DNA of 64,000 nt from Felis catus (Eukaryota): contig NC_058368.1 in NCBI RefSeq assembly GCF_018350175.1, positions 27,716,001 to 27,780,000 on the forward strand, in the 5' to 3' direction. This document shows positions 25,775-40,005 of the stretch, one piece after another (within the stretch, counting starts at the first letter, position 1; every line of letters begins with the position of its first letter). The notes below the pieces were generated by a model, which saw only the letters and a list, made by a program, of their open reading frames with translations, did not search any database and was not told the DNA's origin. The position numbers and the translations under genes were made by a program.

Positions 25775-26474
25775 AATATTTTGCTTTTTTGTAAATATCT
25801 CCCACTCACTTATATAATTTCTAGATAAGTATATGATTAAAGCATGGTTTTAATCTTATATATGAAGAAGGAGATTTTTCACCTGACTTTACCCAATTCT
25901 GGGCAATAGACTCTTGCTTGTGAAAGCAACACAGGGTTCCCTCAGTTCAGGTACTTGTCTATAATCATACCCGGAAATAGTCCTTTAGCTTGATGCCATT
26001 TAAAGTAAATAAAAAGATATTCTGAAAATGAACCTATAACGTGGAATTTTGCTATACAATTTACTTTAACATCAGGTGAACTGAATTTGTATATAAATTA
26101 ACATATTTGTGGCCTACTTTATGCTGAGAACTGAAGAGAGTTAAAGATAAGCAATAAAATAACATATGTAACAGTTAACATGTGAAAGTGTGTTATGTAT
26201 ATGAACTCAGTCCTCACAACAATCCTGTAGGAAGAGAGGATCTCTAGCTCTGGATATTTAATTACGAATTCAGGGACAAATAACTACTCAACAAGAGATA
26301 AGCCCTTATATGGCTTATAGTCTAATTGATGGGGCACACAGTTATTAGATAATTATAGGAATAACACGATATGCACTATAAAGGAAAGCCAGGGTCTGAG
26401 TTCGTCTTGGGAGCAGGAGAAGCATTACCAAGAAGTGATGTTTGCGCCGCAGTCTACAGGCTGGTTAGGAGGCG

Positions 26475-27135
26475 TGTGGTTTTTTTTCTGACATCAAACA
26501 CATTATTCCAGCACCAACCAGCTTCAGTTCAATTCAGTTCTGACACTACCTGGGTAGTGCAGACCCCACAGGTTAGAGCTCAGTTTCACAAAACTGCCCC
26601 CGTTTCAGACACCAGCCACAAATGGGGTCCCCAAACTACCCACACTTCTGCCTGGCTGACTACAGATGTGGGGGTTTCCGTGACCTCTCTTCCCCTAGTT
26701 TTCTAGAACGAATCAGAGAAATCATGGAAACTGTTGTGCTTGCAATTACAGTTTTATTATTAAGGATACAATTCAGGAACAACCAAATGGGACAGATGCA
26801 AGGGTAAGGTAGGAGGGTGGGGCATTGCACAGAACTTCCAGGCCTTGTTTAGGTGGGCCACCCTCTCCACACTTGGATGTGTTCACCATTCTGGGAGCTC
26901 CTCAGTCCTTATTCAAGAATTTTTATTTAGCTCCATTACACAGGCATAGTCGATTAAATCATCCTCTAATCTCATGGTTGGTTTTCCTGGCAAATCACTC
27001 CTATCCTGAAGCATTCTGGGGTCCTCTCGTTAGCATATAATCAACACTCTTATCACGTGGAATCCCAAGGATTTTTGGAGATCTGTGCCGGGAACCAGGG
27101 TTAAGGTCTAAGTATTTATCTTTTATTATACCACA
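26475..27135 (-). mobile_element. MER21-like solo LTR (intron 1)
   Basis: Ends ttataccaca, the reverse complement of the start of the element at 1029; ggagatctgtgccgggaaccaggg mirrors that element's 5' part. Confidence 0.65.
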
Positions 27136-27202
27136 GGAGTTTATGTGGCCCCTATGACAGCCAGGGAAACTTTGTGTTCAGATGTCCTTCAAAAGAACTT
27201 AC

Positions 27203-27616
27203 TGTGGGGAGCATAGTCAACTGGTAGCCCCAGCTGCCACCGTCCATTATGCCCTTTGTTCTGAGAGCACTCTTATTCTGCACCCTTCCAGCCAGTGTCC
27301 GAACTTTCCAGGGTACTCATGGAAGCGTGTTCCTGGCCTATGTGGGACTTCTCTATTGGGCAGCTTTTGCCAGAAGACTCCCCACTGAACTCTCCGAGAT
27401 TTTCTCAGAACTATACAGCAGTCTGAGGCTCTTCCCGCTCAATCCCCGCCTCCCCTCTCTCCTTTCATAGGTATCAGACCTGCTCATGTTCTTGAGGCTT
27501 TCACTGCCTACCCACGCGCATCCCACTTTGGTCCTTCCTAAGCGTTTTCCCCCAAAACATCTTGCATGTCTAACCCTGTCCTGATGTCTCCGAATTGGAG
27601 GACCCAGGCTGACACA
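27203..27616 (+). mobile_element. Probable old ERVL-type LTR
   Basis: TG...CA ends and a 3' end cttgcatgtctaa.cc.gtc...ggaggaccca.gctgacaca. Family uncertain. Confidence 0.4.
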
Positions 27617-29469
27617 GCCTCTCAGATACACCACAGCCCTGATTACTAACTGCTTAGACTCGATGCTGTTGAAGTGCTATATAAGTATACTAGGGAAACC
27701 CCCTCCTTTTTCTTATTTCCTCCCTTTGCAGTTCTAGTTCCCTCATTTCCCTACTCAAACCTTCAATACTTTTCCCAGTTTGCTGTGCTCCAGGGAAGGA
27801 AATAAACCTGGTAGCTCATACCCTTTGTCCTTTTCCCTTTGTCCTCAAAGTCTCAAGGAACAGTGAAGGGAAATAAAGGATGGCTTGATAAGACCACTTA
27901 TTAATGGCCACTTCCCAATTTTTCTCTCTTTTCTCCTTAAAGAGCACTGTCAAACATTAGTATTAAGCATTTTATAGATATAGGATGGGGTATAAAGTGG
28001 AACATATAGCCATTAAGTTATAGCGTTCAATTTTTATGAGCATCACTATTGGAATAATTGTTGAGTATATTCTGAATCCTGAAATATAATGTCTTAGGTC
28101 TAAGACAGATCATCAAAAACTTATGTTCTTGACTCACCTCACTTGATTCTGAACTGGCTACATAAAATAGTCTTAAATTAAGTACAAGTTTTTACAAACT
28201 TATAAGAACTGCTTTCACTATTTCTTCTTCACCGCAATGCCCCAAATTTCTCTTCTGAATCCTCATATGACTCTGAGAAAGTAAGCTTTTGTTTATAGAT
28301 GTTAAATGGCATGAAAGCATCAGGTTATTATTCCTCCCTGGGGATGGAGAGCTCCAGGCCCTTTTAGTGCTATGAAATAATAGTACATGGGAAGAGAAAA
28401 ATCTATGATTGATTCCGATGAGTAATCTTCTTGACGGCTCAATATAGATGGCTATTCATTAGAGGACTATAACTCAATCTTCAGGCAAGGCTCATAAGCA
28501 TTCAGAAAGTTTGTAAAACAACAGTGTTTAACTCTTAATGATAATTATATGGCTCAATGAGTTTGTTAGGTGTCTCAATGATTACTATATTCTACTAGCA
28601 AACTAATCAGTAGAACTCTGCCTATCTGACTTATTTTTGAAATGAGCTGTATGGCAAAGCATTCCAATACTGTGGTAGCTTAAAGTAAATTACTTGTGAC
28701 CTAGAATAGTCAAAGTGGGCACCCCGAGAGAATAAAACCGAAATAACAATCAATAGCTTGAACTCTTATGTCTTGAACTCTTAACCATGTGCTAGACCTC
28801 GTACTATGCATGTCCTATAATTGCTTTTTCTTGATACAGTAAACACTTTGCCACTTTACAGTTGAGGAAACTGAGTCTTTGATGATTAAATGATGTCCCG
28901 GAGTCTCATGGCTTCTTTTTTTTAGTAAAAGAAGCAGCACTCAAACCTGAGTCTATCTACCTAAGTCTAGATCCCGAACATGATACAGAGCGGAAGGAGT
29001 GGGAGTGCAGCTAGCTAAGCTTCCATCAATTGTCATATTTTCACATCAAGAAAATGGAAATTCTGCAGGCTAAAGGGAGTGGCATTGTACAAACAGTAAT
29101 GTGACCTTTATGTACAGCTTTAAAATTATTTGGACAAAGAAGTCGTTTGCAAGAATGAAGTTTCTGTGGGGGTTCTCTTGTCTCTGCAGCTTTTCTTAAA
29201 TGACAGCTTGGTGGGCTTGCATTAAAATAATTCTCTTACTGTTTCTGTTTATGAGCAACCTCAACAGCATCCTGCCTTCCGGTGATCTTTCAGACTTCTG
29301 ACCAAAGGCTAGTGTATGCAATGCATCTGACGTTCATGATCTGGTACAGGTGTGGGTAGGTAGGAGTTTATATATAACTGAAAAAGTCTTCACAAAACAA
29401 CTCTCACCTTTCTTCTATGTGATGAACACTGACCTTTTCTACACTCATTTGTTAAAAATAAGCCCGTTA

Positions 29470-29700
29470 GGGGCGCCTGGGTGGCACAGTCGGTTAAGCG
29501 TCCGACTTCAGCCAGGTCACGATCTCGTGGTCCGTGAGTTCGAGCCCCGCGTCAGGCTCTGGGCTGATGGCTCGGAGCCTGGAGCCTGTTTCCAATTCTG
29601 TGTCTCCCTCTCTCTCTGCCCCTCCCCTGTTCATGCTCTGTCTCTCTCTGTCCCAAAAATAAAATAAAACGTTGAAGAAAAAAAATTAAAAAAAAAAAAT
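29470..29700 (+). mobile_element. Young SINEC_Fc-type SINE (intron 1, sense)
   Basis: TSD aaaaataagcccgtta on both sides. Confidence 0.95.
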
Positions 29701-30729
29701 AAAAATAAGCCCGTTAAATTGGTTTCATGAACCATTAGTGGGTTACCTGTGTAGTGTGAAAAGCATGGTTCTGTGCGTGGCAGAAGAGATTGCTGGAGTG
29801 GATGGAAAGGAGAGACAGTCTGGTTTGCTTAGATCCACTTTCTCTTCCTGTTTAGACAGGAGGATCGAAATTATGGTTGTGTTTAGAAGGAATTTCCAAC
29901 TTTTCTGCACTGGATTTCACCCCTCGGTATGGAATACATTTGGCAGTCCGCCGAGTCTTGGGGCGCAGTCACTTTTGCTCAAATACAATATCAAAAATGA
30001 GTGGGCATTTCTCAAAGAGTCTTTGACAGCTAAAACAGTGAAACAATAAATCAACAGGATGATGAAAGCCTGAAAATACATAATACCTGCAATGATCAGT
30101 AGACGCATAGCAGAAATGAGAAAAAAGAAACTTAGTTCAATTACACAGTAAGGTTACTTAACTCAAAGTCAGTAGAATGCTGTAAGGTTATACATATTGT
30201 TAAGGTTAATTGCGTCTATTCAGAATCTATTTGAATCTGAAACAAAAGCTTAACAGGAAAAAAAAAATCATCAAAGATGAAGACTGCTTTTGAAGGGTCT
30301 GTTCTGTATCAGAGAATCAGCTAATGACGATCTTCCTTTGTTCTGTAATGTTCATAATTCCCCCCCCCCCCAAATATGAAACTTAAAAGGCAGTCTGTTA
30401 AAATCCGATAGAAAACCTAAAGACGTTTATCATCATTAACACTCAAGGGCTAGTATTGCCCAGTGTATATTTTACTGGTGTACCAGAGAGTGGAAATCCT
30501 ATGCGACCTAATCTTGTAAGCAAATCTGAGCCCCTGCTTGAAGTCTTAATTTTAAATATTTCCTCATTAAAAAATTCTTTTTTTTGGAATGTTTCCCCTG
30601 ATTGTAAAAATAAAGTTACATCTGCTTATTATAAGAACTCAAACATTACAAAAATAATGTACAAAGTGAAAGTTCCCTGCAATTCTAATCCTTAGAAATA
30701 AACACTTCAAATGGTTTGATATGATGACA

Positions 30730-30947
30730 TTTTAATTAATTAATTAATTAATTTTAATGTTTATTTTTGAGAGAGAGAGAGCACATGAGTGGGGGAGGAA
30801 CAGAGAGAGGAGACACAGAATCTGAAGCAGGCTCCAGGCTCTGAGCTGTCAGCACAGAGCCTGGTGCGGGGCTTGAACCCATGGACTGTGAGATCATGAC
30901 CTGAGCCGAAGTCAGATGCTTAACCAATTGAGCCACCCAGGTGCCCC
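30730..30947 (-). mobile_element. Can-SINE (intron 1)
   Basis: (TAAT)n tail, full body and reverse-complement head. Confidence 0.92.
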
Positions 30948-31323
30948 AAGACATATTTATTTTTAAAGTGTAGGCTGTGCTTTTTGACTCTTTAGGCCAA
31001 GTAGAAAGTCTTAGAGCCATTATGCCTTCTGATTTCTATTGCCAATAGAAAGTGACAGGCAGGAGAAGATATGTTCTCTTTCTAATCTTTATTTTAAAAT
31101 GTGATTGCCCGCTAACTTACAGGCAGATTCTATTCTCACATTGATTTATTATTTAGTTGTGCAAGGAAACAGCCCTTGTTCTAACAATGGAATCTTGGAT
31201 AATATCTTTTATGTAGTACTCTTCCCCCACGTTTCACCTGACTATGTAATCATGAGGAAGTCATCAATGTTTCACATTCAGATTGTGAGGCATTCTATAA
31301 ATTCTATTAGACAGTTTATCTGG

Positions 31324-31950
31324 TGTATTAGGGTTCTCTAGAGAAACAGAACTAATAGATTACATATATGTACTATATATTATATAGATTATCATTATAA
31401 ATATATAATATTTATTACATATATAATATGTATTATATATGTAATATGCTTATATATTGTATATGTTTGTATTAAGAGATTATTATTTCATATATATAAA
31501 GAAATTTATTATAAGGTTATAAGGTATTGGCTTACATAATTATGAAGGCTGAGAGGTCCCACGATCTGTCATCTGCAAGTTGGAGACCCAGGAAAGCCAC
31601 TGTGTAGTTGGAAGTTCTAAAACCAAGAGAGCCATGGTGTACATTCCCCTCTAAGTGTGAAGGCCTGGGAACCAGGAGTATCAAGGGCAGGAGATCAATG
31701 TCTCAGCTCAGCAGTCAGGTTGAGATTGGTTTCCACCTTCCTCTGCCTTCCTTGTTCTGTTGAGGCCCTCAAGGGACTGGATGATGCCCCCCCCCCCCCA
31801 AGAGGAAGGGTCATCTGCTTTACTCAGACGATGGATTCAGATGCTTACATTTTTCAGAAACACCCTCATGGACAACCCAGAAATAACGTTTAGCCAGACA
31901 CGGGGTATCCTGTTGCCAGGTCAAGTTGACACACAAAGTTAACCATCACA
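31324..31950 (-). mobile_element. MLT2 (ERVL) solo LTR with AT-rich insert, embedded in old L1-like sequence
   Basis: Ends tgtattagggttctct.gagaaacagaac and gtcaagttgacaca.aaa.ttaaccatcaca. 5-bp TSD-like flanks tctgg/cctgg. Confidence 0.85.
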
Positions 31951-33280
31951 CCTGGACTCTTCAGAATTGTTAGTCATGAAAGGAAGAAAAAAGTCAAGGA
32001 AACAGTCCAGGATTATAGGAGTCTACAGAGACTTGTCAAAAAACAGGCATGTGTAACCCATGATTGGATCCAGGGTGTGGTGGGGGTAGGGAAGAATACT
32101 TAAAAAATTGGAACAGTTTAGAAATTTGTACAGAGACTACATAGTAATATTAATTTCCTTGGGTGTGATAGTTTTTAATGTGTAAGTAGGGGAATGTCTT
32201 TGTTCTTGAGAGACACAGGTTAAAGTATTCAGGGTTATGCACTAATGACTCTGCAGCTTGCTTTTTTATGGTTCAGAAAAAATGAACATGAAAGGGGTGA
32301 AAGAAATATGGCCAAACGTGAGCAATCGGTAAATATAGGTAAATAGTATATGGGTTTTCATTTTACTAATGTTTTAATTTTGCTTATAGGCTTAAAATTT
32401 AAGATACAAAAATAATTTCAGGTGATATTCTAAAGTTTTTTATGCCTCTCTCTTTTTTCCTTTATTCTTTTGGAATCTGGATAAATTAAAAGGAAGTTTG
32501 TCATGGAGCTGTATACTTAAGATTTGTGCAGTTTGCCTAAAAATATTATATCTCAATAAATAATTTAGCAAAAAACCTGGGCTCAGAACCATGCTGTCTT
32601 CTACAGAAGACTATATACTAATCTTTAACGAGAGATTTATCAACACTACTTTGTTTCATGTAGTGGTTCTTATGACTCCTAAGACATGGATGAAAGGAAA
32701 GAATCAGAAACTAGGATATAGATGTGAGTGGCAAATGCCAGAACCAGGAGGTAAAAAGACAGAAAAACTAACTCACATACATTGTTGAAGAAGATGGGGC
32801 AAAGAAATGGAATCGCAGCATATGATTCAGGACTAGGTTTTATTACATATGGTAAAGGAGGTGTCATATTACACATAGGTTATATGTAATTATTATATTA
32901 CAATTATGTATAATACAATATCTCCAATTAGGTGTCTTGAGCAGAGATGGCTTTGTCTATTTGTTTCTCGCCTATGAGAGAGGTCTGAAGGTAGCTAGCC
33001 TACGGGTGATGTAGTAAAAATAACAGGAAGCCATAATAGAACATATATTTTCTAGCATTGTCCTAAGTACTTTATGTCTGTACTCTAAGAAGTAGGTAGT
33101 GGTTAGCCCCATCTCACAGGTGAAAAAAATAGAAAAACTTAGTAATTTGCCCAAAGTTGTAGGTAGAACGTAACGGAATTAGGGTTTCAAGCCAGGCAGT
33201 TTGGCAATAGATTACCACTAATGTGGAGGTTTTATAGTCCCAGAGCACCAGATTGCTTTTGTCTTTCTGTTCTGCCATTT

Positions 33281-33710
33281 TTAAAAATGTTTATCTATTT
33301 TGAGAGAGAGAGAGAGAGAGAGCGCGAGAGCGAGCACGCGCATGCACACGTGGGGGAAGGGCAGAAAGCGAGGGAGAGAATCTCAAACAGGTCTGCACTG
33401 TCCGTGCAGAGCCCGACACTGGGCTGGAACTCCCAAACTGTGAAATCATGACCTGAGCCAAAATCAAGAGTTGGATGCTTAATTGACTGAGCCACTCAGG
33501 TGCCCCTCAGTTCTACCATTTCTTTTCTTTTTTTCATTTATTTTGATAGAGATAATAGAGAGAGAGTGGGGGAGGGGCAGAGAGTGAGGGAGACAGAATC
33601 CCAAACGGGCTCTGTGCTGATGTGGGGCTCAAACTCAGGAACCGTGAGATCATGTCCGGAGCTGAAGTCAAGAGTCAGATGCTTAACTAGTTGAGCCACC
33701 CAGGCGCCCC
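33281..33710 (-). mobile_element. Two tandem Can-SINEs (33281-33506, 33522-33710)
   Basis: Two complete heads; the target motif ttctgccattt appears three times. Confidence 0.92.
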
Positions 33711-34387
33711 ATTTCTGCCATTTCTGATGCATACCTTCCATATTCAAGTTGCCTTGTTGACCAAGATACCTGTCTGAGCACCAGCTACCACGTCAGCCTT
33801 CCAGGTAGGAGAAAGCAACAAAAAAAGGTTTTCCTGCCTGTTTCCATTTAAAGGAACTTTCCTAGAAACCTTTCTCAATGCTTCCCCTTACATTTCAGGT
33901 TTCCCAAACTTAATAGCATGGTCACACCTAGCTATAAAAAAGGTTGTGGACTGTAGTCTTTTAATTGGGTACTTTGTGAAGCTGAATAATACAAAGGTGC
34001 CATTTAATAAGAAGGAGGTGCAAAATCAATGGTTGGGTAGGGCCAGCATCTCTCCTAGTTTAAGAATTGAGGAGAGTCAGGCACCAGAACAGAAATTAAT
34101 CATTTGATCATACTGTTTCTGGGATTTTGGAAATGCAAATGAGATAGCTAAGGAAGAAAAATTTAAATGTCCACATTCCTGTTCAAAGTATTGATTTTTG
34201 AGGACTATTGTTTATTTATTGTTTTAGAGTTTTGTTCTGGTTAATATTCTGTGCAAAGCTGTATTTTTATGCTTTGTACACGGTGCAGTATTGTTTAAAA
34301 CTGTGAACAGTTGAAACACCTGACATAGTTGAGTGGCTACATTATGACGCATCCATGTTGTGAAATACTATGTAGCCATCTAATATT

Positions 34388-34609
34388 TTTTAAAAAAATT
34401 TTTTTTCAACGTTTATTTATTTTTGGGACAGAGGGAGACAGAGCATGTACGGGGGAGGGGCAGAGAGAGAGGGAGACTCAGAATCAGAAACAGGCTCCAG
34501 GCTCTGAGCCATCAGCTCAGAGCCTGACGCGGGGCTCGAACTCACGGACCGCGAGATCGTGACCTGGCTGAAGTCGGACGCTTAACCGACTGCGCCACCC
34601 AGGCGCCCC
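34388..34609 (-). mobile_element. Young SINEC_Fc-type SINE
   Basis: 17-bp TSD tgtagccatctaatatt (34371-34387 / 34610-34626). Confidence 0.95.
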
Positions 34610-35495
34610 TGTAGCCATCTAATATTAAGCTTGTTACATGAATAGTTGGGAAAGCACCTACAAGTGAAAGTAAGACATAAAATTGGACTTAAGATATGTT
34701 TGCAACGGTGTAATAATATGTACAGAATATAGATTGGACTGAAATTCAGTCAAATGAAACTAATTGTGATCCCTGAGGCGTCGGATTATGAGTGCCTTTT
34801 AAATACTTAAAAATATATTTTGTGATTTTCTTCTATAAGCATATGTCTTTCAAAATCAGAAATAAAAGATGAATTTTGTTTTTAAATGTTTTATGCAGAG
34901 ATTTAGATAAAAATCCCTCATGCCTTGCATTTATCTCTGACCCAGGAGTCTCGTGGCTTTTGCCAGTATCTATGAAACAGTAACATGGCTAAGGTTAGCT
35001 TGTTAGGTTAAGCAAGTAGTTTGCACGTAGGCTCAAATCAAGTCCCAGATCCAACATCTCTATGTTCTGAAAATATGAATTCAATTTCATACATTTTGCA
35101 AGTATACCTAACAGTTGGTCCCCATCTCCACTCCCATCATTAGTTTTTGGCCTCTTAAAGATGGTGAGTCTCAATAATACTATGTTTCATATATATTCTT
35201 TGTATCTTTAGAGTGAATCCTTCTTGCTTTTCTCAAAGCCCTTATCATTTATGTCTGTATATGTGTTTTAAGTGATGAAACGTGACATCTTTCAGGTCTA
35301 CCCTGTATGGTTGTGCAGGTTGGTAACTACACAAACTTGTCTGGCTAAGGTAGTAATTTGGAGCTGAAATACATACCAAACCATGCACCCTAGTGTAGGG
35401 TTACCTCTACCTGAAAGGAGCACTTTTTTCTCATTTGCATAAATTTTCCATCTCCCACTAAACCACGAGCCTACATAGGAATGCTGGGATGGAGG

Positions 35496-35538
<43 letters not shown>

Positions 35539-37975
35539 CCTTTTCGACTTTCCATAAAGTTATTCTATGCACAAAGGTGCTGATGACCTGTGATCTCTTG
35601 CGGATCTTTTCCCTCTGGGTGTCTGTTCTGCCCTCTGGGTATCTATTCAATTGTCCACCAGAAGCTGTGGGTTCAAGAACTAACTTGCTTCACATCAGCT
35701 TCTTGGATGTGTAGACAGTGTTTTGGGCTCTGCAGATTTTGAGGTCAAAGAATTCATGAGCCCTTCCTCACTGGAGTTGTGGAGTGCTGGATCAGGGTTG
35801 GTGTAACAGGTGTAGTGGTTAAGTATGATTTACTCAGCCGGATCTTGTTATTTTTTGTTTTTCTTGGGAATATGGTCTGTTTATCAAACTTTTGGAAACC
35901 TGAATGCTTCAAGTTTTGACACATGTTGGCTAAAAACAGTAAGCTTTGGATGCCTATATTGAAGGTCATATAACAAAAACCAATATGGAAAGCCATAGCA
36001 AGAAAATCCAGTGCCTTTGATTAACCAAAAATCTTTTTTTTCAAGTTCATGCAAGGTTAAGGTTTTCTTGAACTCAGAAAACCTCAAACTAGTTTTTTGA
36101 AGAATGGTAGACTTTACATGTCTCCTATACTGCTTGAAAAGATCTGTTTGTTACTTAATCTTCTGTTTCTGAATTTTTGCTCCTATGTTTCTTTTTCAGT
36201 CAAACCAGTGTTGTTCCTAATTAGAAATTTAAATTACATCTGCTGCAGTTTGTACACACCAGGGGATATATTTATGTAATACTTTTAGCCAGCCAAGATA
36301 TTTTTCATAACTTCAGCATAACATTTTCATAGGGTGTTTATTGATGAGATGTTATAAAAATTGTGCAAGAATGGACACGAGAGAAGCAATCGTGTAGCTC
36401 GGGAGAGACCTTGCAAGAAGAACATTTCTTAAATATATTTTTCTTCTCTCTATTTTTTTTTGTATGGTGCAGGAACACATTTTCTCTTTGTCTTCTGCTC
36501 TTCTTTATATGTTCTCCCTCAGTATGTCTCCTGGATGTGTGCCGTTGGAAAGTGAAAATAATCTTACAAATTGCGAGATTTCATTAAATTTCAATGAGGT
36601 AATTAAGGAAACTCATTTTCAAAGATATACATTTACTTCAGTGGCTTGAATGTTGCTTAATCGGGAAATGCCCAGAATACAAAATATAGGCAGGTTGGGC
36701 TTGTCTGGATCAGCATCTTTGAGAGTCAGGCTGTTGAAAGGGAAGACGTGCAGGTTAAAACAGCAGAGGCCCTTGCTGTGGGTGGAAATTAATTGGCTGA
36801 AAACATGAATAAGTTATACTTGTTATTCATGTCAAGAAAAAGGGAGGAGAGAAGGGACGGATATTTGTATCTATCAAGGCATTACTCTCTGCCACATGAT
36901 AATAAAAAAACCTAAAAAGCAGATCCTTAGAAGTAGGCTCCTCTTTCCATAGCAAGTCAGAGGACTAGAAGCCCAAATACTTGCCATGCTTTCTTCTGAA
37001 TATTATGTTTCAGATTTGGCAATTTCAGCCCAGAAAATGTTACTAAGAAGGTTACTAAGGAATTCTCTAACATGAAACATTTATTACTGGGACCTCTCCT
37101 TGAGCCTGGGGTTATGTTAAAAGGCTTTCAAGTTAAAAGGCTTTGAATTTAGGGTTGGATAATTCTTTCCCTCTTTTCATGGCCCCACACTATGTCTGGG
37201 TACGTGTAGGCTACACAAATTGCAATAGATTGACCGCAGTTCTATTCCTAAAACTAAAGATGCTACTGTGATGTTATCAGACTTGAACATATTCAGATTA
37301 GATATTGTGGAATAAGATCTTTTACCTATAGAATGATTTTTCTTCCCAGATCTTTAACGAAATTTAAATTTTGGGCATAAGGGAGGCCCATGGGACTTGG
37401 AAAATTCTCTGTGAAGCTGCTCTTGGTAAAACCCTAGCAAAGGAACCCTTCTTTGGCCATTTCAGACCCTGTCTTTTAAACCTCAGCTGGCTATACTTCT
37501 CATTTCTATCCCTCTGTGACTGTCTCCCACCTTGAATTTCTACTTAATGTCCTCTTACTTTGACACTTGTTTGGATATTCTTGTGGTATGCTCCAGAGGC
37601 TTCAGAAATTGTTCCTAACTAAAATATAAGCTCCATTAAAGTGGTTGGTCTGCTTTTTCACATCTCCCTTCATTCTTCACAAACCCCTTAATGTGAGTCC
37701 ATAAATAGGTGCTCAGTAAAGTAGGTTACTTTGGAAGTCTATCAAGAGGCTGGAAATGAGTGACGATCGTATCTTCTACTCTCTGTGTCAAGCTGAAGGG
37801 TTAGCTTCAAACACCCACCTAATCTAAAACAAAAGTCCTGCATTTGAGTCTGAGTACCATTGCTTAATTAACCTCGTGACCTTCGGTGTGTATCTGTATC
37901 TATATCTTTATCAATGATTTAATCCCTGAATTCCCATCAGTCTAAATGTTCAAATATAACTTCATTGATCTACAG

Positions 37976-38370
37976 CAGTGGTTCTCATAGTGTGGTGCCT
38001 AGATCAAGAACATCAACATTGGGGCGCCTGGGTGGCTCAGTCGGTTAAGCGTCCGACTTCGGCCCAGGTCATGATCTCGCGGTCCGTGAGTTCGAGCCCC
38101 GCGTCGGGCTCTGTGCTGACAGCTCAGAGCCTGGAGCCTGCTTCAGATTCTGTGTCTCCCTCTCTCTATGACCGTCCCCCGTTCGTGCTCTGTCTCTCTC
38201 TGTCTCAAAAATAAATGGATGTTAAAAAAAAAAATCAACATTACCTGGGAACTATTAAAAATGCCAGTTCTCACCCCTTGCCCCCGCCCCCAGACCTACT
38301 GAATCAGGAACTCTGCGCTTTAACTGACCCTCCAGGTGATTCCGATGCGTGCTAAAGTTTGAGAACTGCT
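37976..38370. mobile_element. MER5A remnant split by a sense Can-SINE (38021-38230)
   Basis: MER5A ends cagtggttctca / tttgagaactgctg with internal cccagacctactgaatcag.aactctg. SINE TSD aacatcaacatt / aaaatcaacatt. Confidence 0.88.
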
Positions 38371-39946
38371 GATCAATGTAGAGTCAAATCCCTGGGATGG
38401 CGAGAAGCTCTGTGCCACGATGTTGCTAGACTTGAAGGATTGTGCAATCATGTCACGGCGAGCATTTAAATCCAGTACCTTGCGTTTCATCTTTAAGGCT
38501 CTGTACAATGGCTCACCATTGCATCATATTCAAGTGTGTAGCCATTACCCACAGAATTGCAGCTCCCAAGCTCCTGTGAATTGAGGAGTGAAAAATCTTT
38601 CTTAGGGTGAACAAAGAATATGCAATGGACAAGGGATTAATTTTCAGTAGCAGCCTCCTCATTTTGTATTCATAACGTTGTATGCATGTGAGGCTACAAA
38701 TGCAATGTCTGCTGATATATGTTAGGTAATTGGGCATCTTGCAGCCCCATTTGCATGCAAAGGTGATTGTACACTTCCCATTTACAAGTCTAAAATTAAA
38801 GCCCAGTTTGAAGCAGGCTGAAGTCTCACTGCTAGGAAAATAACAAGATAAGGAAGAAATGACTTCTGTTAATCAGCACTTTTGGCCTCTACTGTTCAAT
38901 CTTTGCTAATTTGTCCTTTGAAATTGTACATTCTGTGTTGAAGAGAGAGAATTCTAAGAGTATCTGGGGTTTTAAAAAAAAACAACCTTCACTTACAAGC
39001 TGATTGTGTTTATTCATAGCATTCCCCCTAAAATTGTACCCACACATATGCTGCAGTCTGTTGCTCTGTGAGGTATTGGTGCTCTTGTGGGGCCACATCC
39101 ATCATCTCAAAGAAGAGCCTCTCTCCCCCTGCCAAACAGATTTACAGACTCGGTCTGTGGCATCATTTCAGTTCAGCCCACAGTCCTCAAGCAGGTACCC
39201 TGTGCCAGGCATTGTGCCAGAGGCTGGGTGGGTACAGATCAGTCAAGTTCCAGCCCTCAAAAGCTCACAGTATTTTAACAGCCTCCTGGAATCTCAGTGC
39301 TGTGTATATTTGGTTAAATGCCATCTTCCCAGATCCGCACCCCATGAATTAAAATGCTTCAAGGATGCTTCTCTGAGCTCCTGATTATGTTCTATCTGTG
39401 TCCCCAGGAGAAGAGGAGACCTAGTAGATCCATGCCTAGGAGAGTCAGAGCCTGGAAGCACAAGATGTGGCCACATGGCCACTCAGATGGGTCATGAAGA
39501 GAAGGTGGCTGTGTTGCAAGTGGCATGGATTTCCAGTTTGTAGGACCAAAGAATGCATGAATGTTTTCTGTACTCCCAACGTGGGTCATGATGGAAGAGA
39601 ATGCCTGGCTAACGCCATCTCAAAGGGACTTGCCCCTGAGTGCCACCTGGAGGAACGGTGGATCCCTACAAAGACAGTTTACTAGAGCGAACTGGGACGC
39701 AGTCACTTGTCGGTCTTGATCAGTTGCTTTATATTTCCATATTTGGCCATGTGTACTCGTTTTACTTGACAACTAGATTGTAACCTCCCAGAGAACAGAG
39801 CCGGGTCTTAAGAAGATTATCTTCCACAGTACCTATTTGATGGTGATGATCATAAATACAGTATATTAGCAGCAAGAGTGTCTGGAAGTTATATGTATTC
39901 GTTTCTCATGATAATTTCCTGATGATTTTTTTCCTCTTTATTCCAG

Positions 39947-40005
39947 CACAGGCGCATATACCTTGATAACACCAAATGAAAACCGAAGAAATCAGATACA
40001 AAGGA
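39947..40005 (+). CDS. EPSTI1: EPSTI1 coding exon 2 (59 bp; (C)TGAYTLITPNENRRNQIQR)
   Basis: Polypyrimidine tract plus ttccag| acceptor and A|gtatgt donor. Phases 2 in and 1 out match the neighbouring exons. Resembles recalled human TSAYTLIAPNINRRNEIQR. Confidence 0.93.

Noticed and set aside
1029..27135. Two MER21-like LTRs as the ends of one provirus
   Set aside because: They are in opposite orientation, diverged, 25 kb apart and have no retroviral internal sequence between them, so they are independent solo LTRs.
37117..37147. Short local tandem repeats (gttaaaaggcttt twice; similar cases at ~28757 and ~53617)
   Set aside because: Ordinary slippage micro-duplications with no functional context.
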